Origin: Planktothrix sp. GU0601_MAG3
GTDB lineage: Bacteria; Cyanobacteriota; Cyanobacteriia; Cyanobacteriales; Microcoleaceae
Direction of reading: 5' to 3'
Length of the DNA: 64,000 nucleotides
NCBI GenBank assembly: GCA_035193785.1
Contig: CP136572.1
Span: forward strand, 3,508,578 to 3,572,577
Under the pieces are notes generated by a model, which worked only from the letters and a program-made list of their open reading frames with translations, was not told the origin of the DNA and did no database searches. Positions 61,156 through 64,000 of this stretch are shown in pieces. The first letter of the stretch is position 1; every line of letters starts with the position of its first letter. Both the position numbers and the translations under genes were made by a program.

Positions 61156-62514
61156 CTAACCAGACTTACGCCGAGAACTTAAACCCCATACCCCCAATGC
61201 TAACAAACCCAAAACAGAAGTGGGTTCCGGCACGGATTTTTTAGCGGGGTCAGCGCGAAAAATTCCCGTTCTTCCATCTTCGAGTGCCGCATAAAAAGCA
61301 ATTTGACCCTGATCATTTAATCCTTTATCTGCAAAAAAGGAAAGATTAGTGATAGTAGAACCAAACAGGGAATCTCCTACGGTAATCACCTTATCAGCAA
61401 CGGGATCTGCACCGATAAAAATACCTTTTGTACCTGTATCTAATGTAGCACTAAAGGCGATATTTCCTTTATTGTTAATATCTAACGATTCAAAACTCCC
61501 AAACAAACCCTGATTATTAACTGCTTTCGTTAAGTTGCCATTCTTAAAGGTAAAAATTCCTGATTCAATTTCATCACCAGAAAATAAATCATAATTAGAA
61601 GATAAAAAAGCAATCTCATTATTATCATTAACTACGGGTTGGGAAGGCCATTTAATATTATTAGTAACAACGGTTTGAAAACCCCCTTTTTGCATCATAA
61701 TGAGTTGTGAAGTAATAGGTGGAAGCGGGTACTCAGCATGAATATCTCTAAATAAAGCAGAAAATGCAACCGTCCCCTGATTATTCAAGCTGGGAGATCC
61801 TAAATCTATAAGTCCTCCAGTTGGGGCGTTCGTGATACTTGCTATAGCAACGGTTGTTGAGGATTGATTGCTTTGGGTAATGTTATTGTAGAGAGTAATG
61901 GTATCCGTTGGAGACAAAAAAGCACCCCCCGCCACAATACGACTTGTCAGTGAATTCTGATTATTGAGATTAAGATCGACTAAAGCTCCACCTTCAAAAC
62001 GACCACTGGGGCCAAAACCAGTAACCATTTTAATTTTATTTTTGTCATCAGCAATAAAGATTGCTTGGCCATTACCCAAGCCATATTCTAAAGATACCCT
62101 TCCTGCAAAAGCCACGATATTTTGATCATTAATATCAACAGAAGGGTATATAAAATACCTGGCTTGAACAGCATCAGGAGGATAGGGATTAGGATAAAAG
62201 TCAGCTAGAATATCCTGATTAAAAATGGTTGAGATTTTCTTCCCTTGGCCTTTAAAAATCCCACCCTCTCCACCTCCCGAACCCGCATAAAACGCAACGG
62301 TTCCTTGATCATTAATTGCTCCATTCCAATAGTTATAGCCAGTTAAGAGACTATTCTGGTTATCAGCAATTTTAGTAAAACTAAAACTAGCAGCTTGGGC
62401 GCTTTGTATGCCGAATAGACTGCAACAAAGTCCCAGAAAAATTCCTGAATGGATTGAAAAACTTTTCTGCCAAAATTTTCCCAACATGGGTTGAACGTTG
62501 AATGAAGAATTCAT
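61156..62514 (-). CDS. PEP-CTERM surface protein with NxxGxxAF tandem repeats
   Basis: Signal peptide; INDQGTVAF, LNNQGTVAF, INNKGNIAF, LNDQGQIAF; VPEPTSVLGLL + TM + basic tail. Confidence 0.88.
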   Translation of the reverse strand: MNSSFNVQPMLGKFWQKSFSIHSGIFLGLCCSLFGIQSAQAASFSFTKIADNQNSLLTGYNYWNGAINDQGTVAFYAGSGGGEGGIFKGQGKKISTIFNQDILADFYPNPYPPDAVQARYFIYPSVDINDQNIVAFAGRVSLEYGLGNGQAIFIADDKNKIKMVTGFGPSGRFEGGALVDLNLNNQNSLTSRIVAGGAFLSPTDTITLYNNITQSNQSSTTVAIASITNAPTGGLIDLGSPSLNNQGTVAFSALFRDIHAEYPLPPITSQLIMMQKGGFQTVVTNNIKWPSQPVVNDNNEIAFLSSNYDLFSGDEIESGIFTFKNGNLTKAVNNQGLFGSFESLDINNKGNIAFSATLDTGTKGIFIGADPVADKVITVGDSLFGSTITNLSFFADKGLNDQGQIAFYAALEDGRTGIFRADPAKKSVPEPTSVLGLLALGVWGLSSRRKSG

Positions 62515-62887
62515 GCTAATTTCCCTTTGTCTAAAACTTAATTATTTTAATTGAAAACCGGGAATTTTTAGACAAGTTAAAAACTTGTCACACCCGATAA
62601 GCCTATTAAAGAATAAAAATTAGATTGCTGATGAAAATTCACAGTAAATTTACAGAATCTTCAAAAAAAAGCAGCCTCAATTTCACATAAGGTATGCAAT
62701 TATAAAGATCAAGTTGATTATGAATTTGGACAAGGATAGGAAGACCAACACCCCTGAATAATTAGAACTGCCCTGATCTGCGCGTGATATAGTCCTAGTG
62801 ACAGAAATGTTGACAAACCCTGACATCTAAAGGGCATGAAAGGCGAGATAATGTAACATTTGGTTACTTCAGGAGAAAAAATTAATC

Positions 62888-64000
62888 ATGGGTCGCGCTG
62901 ACAAAGTTGTGCTTGCTTATTCCGGTGGGGTGGATACCTCCGTTTGTATCCCCTACTTGAAAAATGAGTTTGGAGTCAAAGAAGTAATTACCCTGGCCGT
63001 AGACCTGGGACAAGGGGACGAATTAGGGCCTGTTCAACAAAAAGCCTTGGACTCTGGCGCCGTTGAGTCCCTGGTGATTAATGTCCAGGATAGATTTGTC
63101 AAGGACTATGCGTTTCCGGCCATTCAAGCCAATGCTTTGTATGAAAACCGCTATCCCCTAGCCACGGCCTTAGCCCGTCCGTTAATTGCCAAAACCTTAG
63201 TGGAAGTAGCCGAAAAATACGGGGCTGATGCTATTGCCCACGGTTGTACCGGAAAAGGTAACGACCAAGTGCGGTTTGATGTCTCCATTGGGGCGTTAAA
63301 CCCGAAATTGAAAATTCTGGCCCCCGCCCGGGAATGGGGAATGAGTCGGGAGGAAACCATTGCTTACGGGGAAAAATTCGGCATTGCTTCCCCGGTGAAA
63401 AAATCCTCTCCCTATAGTTTAGACAGAAATTTGTTAGGGATTGCCATTGAAGCTGGGCCCTTAGAAGATCCTTGGACGGAGCCCCTGGAAGAAGTCTATG
63501 CGATTACTAAACCAATTTCTGAGACTCCTAACGAACCCGAATATATTGAAATTGGGTTTGAAAACGGAGTTCCAGTGAGTTTAAATGGCGAGGCAATGGA
63601 CGGTGTTCAGTTAATTGGCAAATTAAATGAAATTGCCGGGAAACCATGGGGTCGGACGTCTGGACATGATTGAAAACCGTTTAGTCGGGATTAAATCAAG
63701 GGAAATTTATGAATCTCCGGCGATGATTGTGTTAATTAATGCCCACCGAGATTTAGAAAGTTTAACCTTAACTGCCGATGTGACTCGTTATAAACGGGGC
63801 ATTGAAGAAACCTATAGTCAGTTGGTTTATAATGGCCTCTGGTATAGTCCGTTAAAAGCGGCTTTGGATGCCTTTATTCAACAAACTCAAGAACGGGTTG
63901 CGGGTGTTGTCCGAGTCAAATTGTTTAAGGGAAATGCCAATATTGTAGGCCGGAAATCTGCCAATTCCCTCTATAGTTTGGACTTAGCAACCTATGGCTC
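62888..64000 (+). CDS. argG: Argininosuccinate synthase (apparent frameshift at ~63640; runs off window end)
   Basis: [39 protein letters not shown]. Confidence 0.96.

Overview
Chromosomal window from a filamentous cyanobacterium (Oscillatoriales, Planktothrix-like by inference). The basis is frequent HIP1 GCGATCGC octamers, heptamer STRR repeats, GTAG-type REP hairpins, and chlL/chlN/chlD, ftrC and rpoZ. It holds mostly housekeeping genes (scpB, htrA-like, rpoZ, lptA/lptB/lptF, pyrG, ddl, pilT-like, argG, tRNA-Pro, tRNA-Asn). Accessory modules are a Cu(I) P-type ATPase/cupredoxin/beta-propeller operon with a MerR-type promoter, a Menshen-like DUF262/ABC-ATPase/nuclease defence locus with HicAB and Uma2, a ProV plus fused ProX-ProW betaine transporter, a tnpB-only IS200/IS605 element, and a PspA/AAA-ATPase/DUF4276 block. 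The strongest signal is that about 36 apparent frameshifts, many in essential genes, all repair by removing 1-2 bases from GAAAC/GTTTC (or GAAAAC/GTTTTC), restoring GAAC/GTTC. This motif-locked error most likely reflects a DNA modification misread by the sequencer, and GAAC/GTTC is the known Dnd phosphorothioate motif. Split genes are therefore reported as single CDSs with repaired coordinates. All product calls come from motif recognition only; no searches were run.
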